A DNA stretch of 45,044 bases from Octopus bimaculoides. Lineage: Eukaryota. The notes beneath the pieces are model-generated. The model made no database searches. It saw only the letters and a program-made list of their open reading frames with translations, and was not told the origin of the DNA. Position 1 is the first letter of the stretch, and the number at the start of each line of letters is the position of its first letter. Where the stretch lies: the NCBI RefSeq assembly GCF_001194135.2, contig NC_068982.1, positions 87,456,058 through 87,501,101 of the forward strand, in the 5' to 3' direction. The position numbers and the translations under genes are program-made. Positions 1-12,539 of this stretch are shown here, piece by piece.

Positions 1-345
1 ACTAATCTATGTTGTGGGGTACATTCTTCGCCAGGGTAGGTTTTGGCATTTATAAGCCGCCCTCTTTCCCTATTTCTGGCGAGGATGTAGTCGATTTGGC
101 TAGAGTGTCTGCCGGAGCGGTAGGTGACTAGGTGACTGGCAGGTTTCCTGAAGTTGGTATTGCAGACCATAAGATTGGTTGCATCACAGAACTCCAGCAG
201 TCTGGTTCCCTCCTCGTTGCGGGAACCGAAGCCATAGCCTCCATGTATGCCATGGAAGCCCCCAGCACGACGTCCGACATGACCGTTGAAGTCTCCAGCC
301 ACAAAGAGAAGGTCCCTGTCACTCGTCGACGAGGTAGTTTGCAAA
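1..345 (-). mobile_element. RTE-clade LINE, AP-endonuclease (ORF) fragment, running off the left edge
   Basis: Manual minus-strand translation is stop-free: DRDLLFVAGDFNGHVGRRAGGFHGIHGGYGFGSRNEEGTRLLEFCDATNLMVCNTNFRKPASHLVTYRSGRHSSQIDYILAR...TYPGEECTPQHRL. The GDFN and IDYIL motifs are those of RTE/BovB-type APE domains. Confidence 0.9.
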
Positions 346-769
346 AAACACATTAGACCACATAGTCCTAGTGACCCCTAAAATAACAGGATAGTGATGG
401 CTGGAATACTTTTTGTCATAGTTCTGCTCAGAGTTCACTTGTGACTAAACAGCAACAGCAGCAGCAGCAGCCGCCGCTGCTGCCACCACCATCTATGGCA
501 AACACACAGGTATAATATTGTCAATATTGCATTCTAAACATAAGGCTTCCTTTTCAGAAAATAAAATACTTCAATCTTGACCAGTTGTTGTATCGTTATA
601 AAGCTCATGTGTGATCTAAATTAGAGCATTACTTACACAGATGGGGCAGTACTGCTACATAAATGCAAACAACTTATACTGCAAAGAAAAACAAATGGCT
701 ATCTGGTTCGTGTGCAAATATTCATTCACCTACACCTTACAAACACTCACCCACACATCCTGTTTTCTT

Positions 770-1720
770 TCCCTCTCAGTAACTTCTGCTGATACTAAAA
801 TGACTTTTATTCTCCTGAATAGCATAGCTGCAAACTACTTCTATCTAAATCTCCAGAGGAGTATCCAGAAGTCAAAACTCGGATCCAGCCCAGCCCTCTT
901 AGAGTGTAAGGAGTTAAGGGCCAAAACACTTGCATAAGGTTGAAGATCTTCTACTGCTTAGCTTTCCTTACTTCAGCACCCTACCTCCATCTAACCTTAT
1001 TCAATGCAGCTATCTCTACTCTGCTTAGAATCACCACTGTATCACTTCACCAACTCTCCAAACTAAACATGATTCTCAATTCTTCTTCCCAGAACTGCAG
1101 CTTACTGGTTTGTACTGGAGGAAGGGCATGTGTTCATAGTCTTTGCAAGCCTTCAGTTGGTTATTTTGTTCTAAGAAAATAACAAAGGAAATATTGGGTT
1201 TCTTAACAAATTGAAATAACTTTAAACTTACCAGATTTTTTTTACTTTGTTTTGAAGGTAGGATTAATTTGTTTGATTGGGAAAATGATCTTGCACCTTG
1301 GTAAAATAAGATTAAGAGTCTGTGGAAGAGAAGCAATGGCCAAAACCTCTCTCATACTGGCAAAACAGATGTGGTTAATATTCATCTCTGTATGTTACTA
1401 TTGATCCCAGGTCTACTCTAATCTGGAGTGGTATCTGTCAGGGTTCCAGCTATGAGTTAATTAGCATGGCATGGAATTGCATCTAGAAGGTCACTCACAG
1501 ACACCCTAATAGGCCTTGGGTAGATCAAGTCCTTCAGCTCTTTTGCTGCTTATCTAAGAGAAGGTAACTCTAGACAAATCCTGCATCCTGATAACCACTT
1601 GGCTTTTAGCACTTGTTGCACCAGACCAATACAAGTTTGAAGGACGAGAGAGCAGGACTACTTTGCATAAACTATGCCCACTATAAGTATAAACCTCTGT
1701 TGCTTTGTCGGGTAATTTAT
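770..1720 (-). mobile_element. Highly degraded LINE (probably RTE 5' region)
   Basis: Minus-strand remnant IAALNKVRWR*GAEVRK resembles the N-terminal APE motif (I..LQE.RW.G). Many stops; boundaries approximate. Confidence 0.35.
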
Positions 1721-2239
1721 TAAGTATTTAAAAAAAAAGCTAAGAGTGAAAATAAATTCCTACAGAAAATCCAGAGGGAGGGACCTATACATAACCAATA
1801 TCCAGTATCCCTTGTGGTTTCATAGATACTGCAAACATATTGTGTTTCCTTCAGGGTGAATCCATGAGTGGTAAGGTGGGTCTTGCTTCTGGAAATGACC
1901 TAGGCACAGCAAAGATGGTTAAGTTAATGTCTTTGCAATATTGTCAACCACCAGACATCAGTACCCATAGGGAAAGTGTGGATGGAGAGGTAATGCCAGA
2001 GCGTTGCATTGCAGTTGTAATGAAGAGTTGAAGAGATAAGATATACAGAGAGTGACAAGAAGAGAGACAGCTGGGCCTGGATGAAGAGGATATGCAACTA
2101 GTCAGTTCAAAAGAGTAGAGGCCATTGGGGCAGCAAAAGAAGAAGCAAAAAGAAGAAACTATGTGCTATTGAGCCAATGGTCGTAGCTTGTGTCATCAAC
2201 ATGTAGTTTATTGATACATTTTGAAGCTCTTTCAACATT

Positions 2240-2630
2240 ATGATCATCATTTAACATCTCACTTTTCCATACTTGCATGTGTCAGACAAAATTTGTTGAG
2301 GCAGATTTTCTATGGTTGGATACTCTTCCTACAGCCAACCCTCAACTGTTTCCAAGCACGGTAATGATTCCTATGATGAGAATATTTTTCACAAAAGACT
2401 GTAAATGAATTACAATGCTTCTATGAGAGCAATGCTCATTTTCAACCATCACATAATTTCAAGACAAAGGTGCATGCTCACACACATGATAGACTTCTTT
2501 CAAATCCAGTCACAAAGCTTTGGTTGATGTAGGGCTATAGTAGGAAACACTTTCCAAAGGTGCCATGCAATGGGACTGAACCTAAGATCACATGATTGGT
2601 AAGCAAGCTTCTCAATCATACAGCCATGCC
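2240..2630 (-). mobile_element. Retroposon tail plus tRNA-derived SINE fragment
   Basis: Contains aaatccagtcacaaagctttgg...gggactgaacc...ggtaagcaagcttct, the same family as 16860-17222 and 43930-44330. Confidence 0.65.
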
Positions 2631-3269
2631 ATAATATAGAATATACATACATAAAATAATATATGAGGTGTTATATGTTTATTCAATGAAAAATACAAAA
2701 GAAAATACCAACACAAATGTGACAAAACAGTCATCATTTTTGTATTTGTAGTTTAGGATTAATACTTTCTTCAATAATTCGATGGTCATATTTGAAAACA
2801 AGTGTAAGATTTGGCAACATTAATATCATAAAAGAAGAGAAATTTAGACAAATTAGAAACAATATACTTCATAAAAAAACGTTCTATATTACACATCTAA
2901 ATATGTCACAAACTATAGAATAAAGGGTTTAATAGCAATACGTCATTACAAAAAAAAAAAAAAAATTAATGCCTTTTGTGATACTTTTAATATTATTCAC
3001 ATGTAATATATTGTTAAGTTTAGTTATTTTCAGTATTCATATAATGTTGCCTGTAATAGCTATATTGTTGTGTGACACTTGCAACAAGATGTTCTGTCTA
3101 ATTGAAGCAGTTGATGATATCACATTCTGTAAAATTTTATATTCTAGAGGTAAAGCTATCACAAACTATAGTTCTATATTCACAGCTATTGATATCACAT
3201 TACATACAGCAGAAAATTTTACATGAACATCAAAACATATCACATAGTTTTATTTTTCGTGAAATAAAC

Positions 3270-3296
3270 ATATATATATATATTTTTTCAACCATC

Positions 3297-3338
<42 letters not shown>
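3270..3338. repeat. (AT)n microsatellite (interrupted)
   Basis: Direct reading. Confidence 0.9.
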
Positions 3339-3339
<1 letters not shown>

Positions 3340-6006
3340 GTTATGTTTATCTAACGTTTTTATTCTGATTTATATACAAATTACACTGATATGCTTTGTA
3401 AGAACTTAACAAATTTTGTTCCAACATTTCCAAGTATCAGTTCTTGAAGAACCAAAGGTTTTCAAATAAATAGAATAAATAAATCATAGACAATTGTTAT
3501 ATCACCAATAAATACAACACTTTTTGATTGAGAGAAATGTAATTTCCAATTAGCTGTAGAAAAAACACTTGAACACTTCATCTTCTTTTCAAGTTATATC
3601 CATGACAGAAATGTCCAAACTTAAGAATTAACTAGTTGAAATTACAATTAAATATGAACAAAAAGCCCCTCAAACATCTGTGAGTAGACTCTCCATTTCT
3701 GAAATGCAAAATTCAGAAAATACAATAATTCTGTAAACAATGAGATTCCATCTAAAATAAAGTATGTCTATAATATAATGTATGTAAAGTTCCAGCTCAA
3801 GTACATTTGAGGAACTGTGTATATCAGAAAATTATACATTCTTACTCACTAATCCCACCTAGCAACACACACATCATCGTATATTCACTTCTCTGAAACA
3901 CAGATTTCGCTCACCTTTTCATATCACATTATTATTCTTTCCCTAATTTTCACACTTTGCACTGAAACAATCCTTTCACCCCTAGAAGTGTACCCATCCA
4001 CCCCTCGTAACTCTCTTGTTGATCATATTTTCCTCCTATTAACCAACAGAAAAGTAACTAGATCAATCTTACTCAGCCATGTGTATTTTCTTCCAGTCAG
4101 GGAAGACTTAAAACTACAAGAATCAGTCTACTTTCTCAGATTAACTGATAAATAAAACATATCATTTAAACAACATAGATGTATAACGCAAAAGTCAGCA
4201 GTAAATTTTTCAAAAATACATTGAAAGTGTGAAATTCTGTGAGTTGATGAAAACATTTACCTAAGTAGATCCCCCCACCAAAAAAATTAATAAATATCTT
4301 CCTATAAACAGCTATGGATGATTTAATACAAAGGTAAGACATCAGCATAACAATATCAACACAAAAAAGAGGACAACTACCTTTGAAAACAATTTCTGTT
4401 TAAAAATCATATGTCAAAGATATGTTGTCACTATTCAGGAGCATGAGATAGGAATTAAGGTACTAAAGAGAGAGAAAGATAAAAGTACCTTAAAACCATT
4501 GTGGTGTAATAAACAAAAATGTTTGATTCAGCAAAATTTATGAAGAGAATATAGCTCACAACATCAGTTGATTTCTAGAAGGATCATTTCCAAAATGTAT
4601 ATTTTTATAAAACATGATGTAAGAAAAATAGATGAGAAGTACCCTGATGGAAATATAGAAAAATACAAACGGCAATGTATTTTGCATTTAAAAATGCTGA
4701 TAAAATATTTCAGTTAAACTTCCATCAAGTACATTCTCAGGAATACCATAGACTTAAGGGAACTGGTAGCTCATTATTTCTGAAAGACTAAATTAAACAA
4801 TAGTAAAAGAACATTCAAATATATCTGATGGAGAACTTAAAATGTTAGTGGTGCTACTTATGTGTAATTTCTTCTTACAGTGTTGTTTATGAGTACATAT
4901 ATATACACACACACACATATATATACATATATATATTCCTTTTGTGGTATTATTTATAGTTTTATGCATATTCCTTTACCTGCTGTTGTTGTTGTTACCA
5001 TTTAAAGCAGGAAGAATCACAACTTAAGGTAAAGTACTAAATACATAAATCACAGTGGATTATTTTTATTTATCAAATTAATGATTCTTCCAGGATTAAT
5101 TCACTTTCCTTCTTTTTAAAAATTTGTCTGAGAACTGTTGATGAATTCTTAAAAAAGAAGGAATCAGAATTCATTCCTGTAAATGTCTTTAACTTAATTA
5201 CTGAAAATATATCTGCCACCAATTAATTTACTTGATGAAAGGAATCTCCATTCAACAATAATGCTTAAGGAAATATGATTAGAAAAGTATTTACAAAGTT
5301 AATCCACCAGCAAAATAGTGTAAATATGCACAACTTGTTTGAACTACAGCAACAAAAAAATCTCTGACTATTTCCTTATAAATTACTGAACTTATAGGAT
5401 GATGAAGATAATTAACCTGCATCTCATATAACAACATACATCATAAACAAAACTTTCTGTTTTTAAAAATGTACTCTTGAGGACAAATTATGTACAGCAA
5501 CTTGTTCAATTAAATTGATTAATTTCTAGGTATACTAAATTAAATTTATGTTTAGAAAAAGAAAGTTTCATTAACAAGAAATTATTAACACTGACTTTAC
5601 ATGGGAGAATTAAAATGTGCACAACTTTTAAAAGTAATTTTAACAAATATTTGTGGAGAAGATGAGATGACAACCAAGTCATCTTTTCTTCCTCTTCCTC
5701 TTTTTTTTTTTCCTAGCCAGCTTGGTGAACAGTTTGAACAAGCACAATATGATCTGAGGAAAAGACATATACATGTGCATGCAGAGTCAGGAATGCATTC
5801 ATAAGTCCAAGAGCATTGTAGACTTTTGGTCATTTTGTTGAATGTGCATGCAAACTTAAAAATACGTACACATGGAATGTAGAAATTAAAATTAACTTAT
5901 ACCTTTTAAATGATTGAATTATTACAATTTAGTGAGGTTATATCTAGCAAGCTCAATTATTATATATAATTTTGATTATTCTCCTTATGATTTGTGAATG
6001 AAGTGT

Positions 6007-7521
6007 TCAGCGAATGACTCGGTTTGAATTAGGATACCGTGGATTTTCAATTACTCCTTCCCCAAATTTAAATTCTAAGAATTCCCTAACATTATTTGGA
6101 GCAGATGCCATTGAACCAGCAAACGGAACCTTTGTTAAAGGATTTAGATATTTTTCAGGAAACTCTGTATCTTGTCTGTGTCCTGGTATCCAGGTATCCT
6201 TTGTCATTGTAGAATTTTTAGAATAAAATGGGAAAATATCAACGTGCATATGATTCGAGCTGCTGTACTGAACTCTGAAAAAATCTCCTTCTGTAGCTTT
6301 TTCCCAGAGAAAACCTTCAGGGTCAACAAACTTTTCTTTTTCACATTCAACAAGTGGCTGGCATTTGCCAATATCTTCTTTGTAAATTCCAATGTCAACA
6401 TCATAATCCCATGGAATGATATCACCACTTCGTGCTGCTCCTAACAAACTACCTCCTTCTAGCCAGTAACGTACCTTACAGTCCTCCAGAATCTGAAAAA
6501 CATGCCTTGAAGTAGTTCGAACAGCTTCTAAACAACATGGAGGTGTCCATTTGCCTTCATAAATATATTCAGGCATATCATTAACTACTGTTCCAAAACA
6601 TCGGGTAGTTTCTTTGGTACAACCATACCACATTACATGCCCATCCCCTGGAAGAACTACTTTCTTGATACGAAGTTGTTTGTAAAGATTTTTTAGACGC
6701 ACAGCTACCTGTTTCTTGTGTTTCCATTTTTTGTGAGGGTCACTAAATAAATTAGGGTTGCCAACAAATACAGAGTCTTTGAAAATAATACTTTTCCAAT
6801 CTCTTAAAGCAGCTTGGATATAAAAGCCTGTTGTCATTGGTTGTAGAAATGAGAATGGGAACTCAAGGAATTTATCTGAACGTGTTAATATTGCATGCTC
6901 ACCAGACACAGCATCACATTCTTGAAATAAACCAGTGTTTTCATAAGTTAGTGTCCAGCGTCTCAAATCTACATGGAGATTCAGACAACTAGAATGATCT
7001 CGCCCAGTTACCAAGGCAACAGAAGACAAATATGAATGTTGCTTTAAATAATTAAAAGCAGACAACAAACTATGTGGATCAACTAGTTTGACGGCATCTG
7101 GAATAATTAGCAAAAAAGGTGTTTTAATATATGTATGGGGGAGAGATGAAGACCATGACTGTTCAGCACTTGGATGTAAAACTACAAGTCTAGCATTGGG
7201 GACTTCATTTAGTAAAAGAGGTGGATATGGTTGATGATCAGTAAAAACTAAGACTTGTAGGTCAGGTATAATTCCTAAGATTCCCTTCAACGTAGCTACA
7301 ACATAATTTTCAAAATCCTCAAATTCTCGAATGATTAATGTTACTGAATCTGTGAATTCAGCATATTGAACTTTTTCAACTTTATTTTTGTATTGCACTT
7401 GTGGTCGTCCATATTGCAAATCATTTTGAACTTTAAGAAGATAAAGCAAAATAATAATGTTCACAAGTAATCCAATAAAAAGAAGTATCTGACAGCGAGT
7501 TAGCAGGCATATTGCTCTCAT
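6007..7521 (-). CDS. FKRP: Fukutin-related protein (ribitol-5-phosphate transferase, LicD family), 504 aa, single coding exon
   Basis: Uninterrupted ORF. The N-terminus MRAICLLTRCQILLFIGLLVNIIILLYLL resembles FKRP MRLTRCQ plus a signal anchor. C-terminal motifs: CFGTVVNDMPEYIYEGKWTPPCCL, YWLEGGSLLGAARSGDIIPWDYDVDIG (DxD), HVDIFPFY, FLEFKFGEGVIENP. ATG at 7521 is preferred over the ORF-track TTG at 7551. An upstream acceptor ttttattttgcag ends at 7582 (minus strand). Confidence 0.95.
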   Translation of the reverse strand: MRAICLLTRCQILLFIGLLVNIIILLYLLKVQNDLQYGRPQVQYKNKVEKVQYAEFTDSVTLIIREFEDFENYVVATLKGILGIIPDLQVLVFTDHQPYPPLLLNEVPNARLVVLHPSAEQSWSSSLPHTYIKTPFLLIIPDAVKLVDPHSLLSAFNYLKQHSYLSSVALVTGRDHSSCLNLHVDLRRWTLTYENTGLFQECDAVSGEHAILTRSDKFLEFPFSFLQPMTTGFYIQAALRDWKSIIFKDSVFVGNPNLFSDPHKKWKHKKQVAVRLKNLYKQLRIKKVVLPGDGHVMWYGCTKETTRCFGTVVNDMPEYIYEGKWTPPCCLEAVRTTSRHVFQILEDCKVRYWLEGGSLLGAARSGDIIPWDYDVDIGIYKEDIGKCQPLVECEKEKFVDPEGFLWEKATEGDFFRVQYSSSNHMHVDIFPFYSKNSTMTKDTWIPGHRQDTEFPEKYLNPLTKVPFAGSMASAPNNVREFLEFKFGEGVIENPRYPNSNRVIR

Positions 7522-8009
7522 AGCGTTGTCTCCAGCAAAATGTTTTTGCACAACTTTCCTGGGGCAGGCTTTTATGATTCACTGCAAAATAAAAATAATA
7601 ATGGTTTAAAACTTGGAATTGCCTTTATTGCTATGTTAGATATTATATCTATTCTAAAATATGTAAACATATCAAAATTAGCTGATGTACCCATCATTCA
7701 TTCTCTGTATTTATCTACCCTCATTCCCATCCTCTCTCATGCTAGTGCCATGATAAAATGCATTCAGTATATTTTGTTAACTGAGGGGTCAAGAGGTTTG
7801 TCACAGACATTACAAATCCCTACCATGTGCAAAATGTACCCAAAACATTCTGTAAAGTGGCTGGTGTTAGGAAGGGCATTCAACTATAAAAACCAATCTG
7901 AAAAAAGAAACTAATGAGCAAGACATGATCCTTTGATCTATCTAGGAATGCAGCAATTACCTGTCCAACCTATACCAGCATGAAAAGCAGGTGTAAAAAG
8001 ATGATGAAG

Positions 8010-8340
8010 ATTTAATCTACTAGACACATGCTTCCAGGATCAGTCCAACTGCGTGGTACCTTGAGCAAGTGTCTTATACTAAAGCCTTGGGCCGACCAAA
8101 GCCTTGTGAGTGGATTATACACACACGCACACATATATATATATACATATGTATATATTAATATGTGTGTGTGTCTTTACATCTGCGTTTTTTCCCCCCC
8201 ACCATTGCTTGACAACCGATGTTGTGTGTTTACATCTCCATAACTTAGTGGTTCGGCAAAAGAGATTGATAGAATAAGTACTAGGCTTACAAAGAATAAA
8301 TTCTGGGATCGATTTCTTTGACTAAAAAACCTAGCATCAA
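8010..8340 (+). mobile_element. tRNA-derived SINE (octopus-type)
   Basis: ccttgagcaagtgtctt...gggccgaccaaagccttgtgagtggatt, an internal TA/TG microsatellite, and tail gttcggcaaaagaga..gatagaataagtactaggcttacaaagaataa; reverse complement of the copy at 16860-17222. Confidence 0.75.
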
Positions 8341-8699
8341 TATTTTTTTTTCAACAAATATTGTGTAGGCTGTGTAAAGTTTGTCATACCAGTTATGCAC
8401 TTGTTGACAGTTATTGGCAAAGTAACAAATGCTTGCACATATCATGTTGCTTCAATGAGTTGTTTGCAGATTTCATCAAATGTTGCACAGTTCTGACATA
8501 TGTGATTGATCTTGATTGTTATAGATTAAAATTCAGTGTGTTGCCATTTGGTTGTATTTGATGCCTGGCTGACACAAATCTGTCCACCACAGTGGCATTC
8601 CAGACTTTCTATATTGAACACTAGAGAACTGATGGTACAAGCTATCATATAATTTTTAACAAAGGTTCAGATGATAATGTGTTGTGTAGTTACAAGTTT

Positions 8700-8833
8700 G
8701 ATTCACATTACATGGTTCTGGGTTCTATTCTACAGCATGGTACCTTGAACAATTCTACTGTAGCTTGTGAATGAATGGAAAGTATGCAGAAACTTTTCAT
8801 GTGTGTATGTGTGAGTGCATGTGTCCATGTCCC

Positions 8834-8860
<27 letters not shown>
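8700..8860 (+). mobile_element. SINE fragment ending in (AT)n
   Basis: catggttctgggttctattctacagcatggtaccttgaacaa, the same family head as 8010. Confidence 0.55.
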
Positions 8861-8866
<6 letters not shown>

Positions 8867-8979
8867 CATATATACATGAAAAGATTGATGAGAAGAAGGA
8901 CATCCAACTATATAAAACATATCTATTTAAAAAAAATATGGACATATGAGTACAGTGATAAATTTAGTGTATAAGTAGG

Positions 8980-10720
8980 TGTTCACTAGGGCTTGTTTCT
9001 CACTCCCCTCCAATTCATCAGCATCCTCCAGGCCATAACAGATGAGTTTAAGACTGGCTGCCCCTGAGAACTACTATATGCTGATGATTTCATCCTTATA
9101 GCAGAATCTGTAAAATTTGTAACAGAGTTTAAAAAAAAATTCTAGGCATGGAAGTAAAACCTGGAACTGAAGGACCGTAAAGTTAACTTAGCAAAGACCA
9201 AAGTTCTAGTAAGTAAGAAAATAAACAAAACTCTACCCTCTTCATATAAATGACCCTGCTTAAAGTAAAGGTAAAGTTACCTTCTCGAGTCATACCAACT
9301 CATAAGGGTCAGTTTCCAGGTTTCATGGCATATATATTTCCCACCTGGACTGGATGCCAGTCCATTGCAGGGTTACTCAGTTTTGCCAGCTGGATGGAAT
9401 GGATTAACATGAAATGAAGTGTTTTGCTCAAGAACACAATGCATTGCCCAGTCCAGGAATCAAAACCACAACCTTACGATCATGAGTCCAACACCCTAAC
9501 CATTAAACCATATGCCTCTACAATGACCCTGCTTGGTATGTAAGAAAGGTACAGGCAGAAATTTCATACAGTGCAATACAGTGTGCCAGTGCAAGTGATG
9601 GACACAAAAGAGGTGCTGTGGAAGGGAGGTTAACAGAGAAAGTAGTGTTTGTGTGTGGAAGATGCACAGAAGTCATAAAGACTACAGATACAGGGAAAAA
9701 TTCATCATCATTTAATGTTCATTTTCCATGCTGGCATGAGTTGGATGGTTTGACTGAAAACTGGTAAGCTGCACTAGATTCCAATCTGATTTGGCATAAT
9801 TTCCACAACTGGATGCCCTTCTTAATGCCAACCACTCTAAGAGTGCAGTGGATGCTTTTTTTACTGCCATCGGCATAGGTGCTAGTTACATAGCACTGGC
9901 ACTGGCTACAACTATGATCTCACTTGGCTTGACAGGTCTTCTCAAGCACAGTATATCACCAAAGATCTCAGTCAATTGTCACTGCCTCCATGAGGCCCAA
10001 CATTCAAAGGGTGCTTTTTACATGCCACTAGTACAGGTGCTAGTTACGTGACAATAGCATTGGCCATGACCATGATTTCACTTAGCTTGACAGGTCTTCT
10101 CAAGCACAGCATACCTTGACTGATTTTCTCAAGTGCCTTGCAGGCTCTCTAAAGTTAGTAGATGATTATTGTTACCGAAGTGACCTAATTTGCAGTGGGG
10201 GAAGATGCTTCAAAAGTGTTGTTGCTAAAATAAGAATAGGATGGAGAAAATTCAGAAAGCTTTTAACTGGCAACTCTCTCACTGAGTAAAAAGAAGAATG
10301 TATGATGTTTGTTTATGAACTGAAATGCTACATGGTAGTGAGATGTGATCTCTAAATGCAGAGGACATGCAAAGACACGAGAGGAATGAAACTAGTAAGC
10401 TCCAATGGATGCGCTATGTCAGTATGCATGTACAAGAAAGTGCTTGTGTGTTGAGAGAAAAGTTATGCATAAGAGGAATTAGATGTAGTGTGCAAGAAAG
10501 AAGACTGCAATGGTTTGGTGGTGTGATGCGTTTGGATGAGGACACTTGAAATAATGAAGTGCCAATCACTTACAGTGGATGGAACTTGTGGAAGAGGGAG
10601 ACCTAGGAAAACATGGGATGAAGTATTGAAGGCTGATTTTAAGATGCTGAGCCTTATGGAAGAGATGACAAAGGACTGAGATGATTGGTGTTTTGCTGTG
10701 CTCAAGAAAAGCTATTCACC
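8980..10720 (+). mobile_element. Degraded RTE LINE, RT/C-terminal region, interrupted by younger inserts
   Basis: QAITDEFKTGCP*ELLYADDFILIAES (RT YADD motif) and, later, VQERRLQWFGGVMRLDED and GRPRKTWDEVLKAD; parallels 31895-33100. Confidence 0.8.
9262..9521 (-). mobile_element. SINE inserted in the RTE LINE, with a 13-bp TSD
   Basis: aatgaccctgctt occurs at 9249-9261 and 9522-9534 on either side; tRNA-like head at the right end. Confidence 0.8.
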
Positions 10721-11543
10721 ACAACAGAAATGATATCCTAAAACCACCTTGGTAATGCTCCGCCCCCACCTCTACTTTGTCAGCCCCATCAAGCATTTTC
10801 CTCACATCTCATCCCCTAACAATCATCACTTCTCTATCTATGGCACTATTTGGCTGCTGTAATCACCTGAGAGCTGAGCAGGTATATATTATATCCCATC
10901 CATTTTGGTTACTTTTCCTGTCCTGAAACCACTTCCATTTCTCATTATCTTCCCTGGCCACTATTTCCACCAATCACCTCCTTTCTGTGTCTTCAGCCAT
11001 TGCTCTCTTATCCTTAACACCTTCTCTCTGCTACATTCCACCCTTAACATCTCTCTTATCTGCTATCACTCTCAACACCTTCACATGTCTACTATAGCCC
11101 ACTCCACACCCAGCCACTCCTATATCACTCACCATCACTTGCTCCAGCCACCTCTAACCCATCTCTCCTCACACTCTTATGAAATTCTCCCCTCTACCTC
11201 CCCCACCAACTCAACTTGTCGAATCCTCTATACCACTACACTTATATTCACCCACCAATGTACCTTGAGGGTACATTCCCTGACACATCTCTGTCTCTTT
11301 TCCTTTCTTTGTAACTATCTTTTTCTCTTTCTTTTCCAAGTGAGGTTGTCATTTATCTCCTCTACAGTAAGATACATATATCTATCCCTCTATTATACTT
11401 ATCAATTGGTACAAAGCGTCCTCCCTCAATACTACTCCCCCTTCCAGTCAAAGAGTGTTTGTCTTGCAAGTTATTTGGTGACCTCATTGGTGCAGTTACC
11501 AATGGGCATCCAGTCGTAGAAACAGTGTCAAAGCAGACAGTAG

Positions 11544-12206
11544 GGATCTAGTTCAAAACGGGGGCACCAGTTTTCATTTATGTTTTATGTAGTGTTTTTG
11601 GTACCGAAAGACTTTCAAACTTCGTATACTTATCTATTTTGTGTTATAGAACAGAAAAAAATTTTTGTATTCGGAGTTATTTCATGTAAAAAATTGTCTT
11701 ATTTCGATAATTTCAACCAATCACTGACAAGTATTCAGCTGTTTACACTTACCACTTTGGCAGTTTAAGCGGTGTAAAGCGTATTTAATCTCCATTTATA
11801 ATTTCGTTAACATCTGCCTGAACTGTATGTGTACAACATTTGCTTTTTTCATTTTCTTTCACGCGTGTTTATTTCGTTAACATCTGCCTGAACTGTATGA
11901 AAGGATTATTAGCTACTGCCTAACCCTAACCCTACTGCCAATATGCTTCAGCCATAATAATTTTATCACCGCCAGAATCGTTTGTTTACGTAGTCAGCAC
12001 TTAATGTATACGACTGAATGGACGTCAGTCATTGGTTGAAATTACAGAAATACGACAACTTTAACATGAAATAACTTGCGATGTACGTTTTTTTTGTTAA
12101 GAAGACTAAGAGAAAAAGATGTTTTATATGACACATTCTACCAGTGTCCCAAGTTTCAAAGTGTTTCGTTAAGAAAATACTGGTGCCCCCGTTTTGAACT
12201 AGATCC
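11544..12206. mobile_element. MITE (Merlin-like by TIR/TSD signature), 663 bp
   Basis: TIRs GGATCTAGTTCAAAACGGGGGCACCAGT / ACTGGTGCCCCCGTTTTGAACTAGATCC, imperfect subterminal inverted similarity to about 190 bp, and an 8-bp TSD gacagtag (11536-11543, 12207-12214). No coding capacity. Confidence 0.85.
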
Positions 12207-12539
12207 GACAGTAGAACTTGGCACAGTTCTCTGGCTTACCAGCCCCTGTTAAATTGTCCAACCCATGCCAGCATGGAAAACTGATACTAAATGATGATGA
12301 TGATGTCATGGTACTGTCGGAAGATTACTGTCGTCCGACAGTGGGAACAAAACAGAGCATAGTGACTACAAAGGAAACTTCCTAACCATTTGTGTAGAGA
12401 GCGCCCATGTGTGTGTGTGTGTGTGTGTGCGCGTATGTGTTCACTAGTGTTGTCTAAAAAAAGAAAAAGGTAACTTAACCAGATCGATAAATATAGATAT
12501 ATGAAATAAATATTAATTGATGTTGATCTAATAAACTAA

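Noticed and set aside
322-333. Palindrome ctcgtcgacgag near the LINE boundary
   Set aside because: It lies in frame within the LINE coding sequence (TSSTSD); not an inversion junction.
10905-11519. 204-aa plus-strand ORF
   Set aside because: Non-ATG start and S/L/H/T-biased composition from a pyrimidine-rich decayed repeat; no domain recognised.
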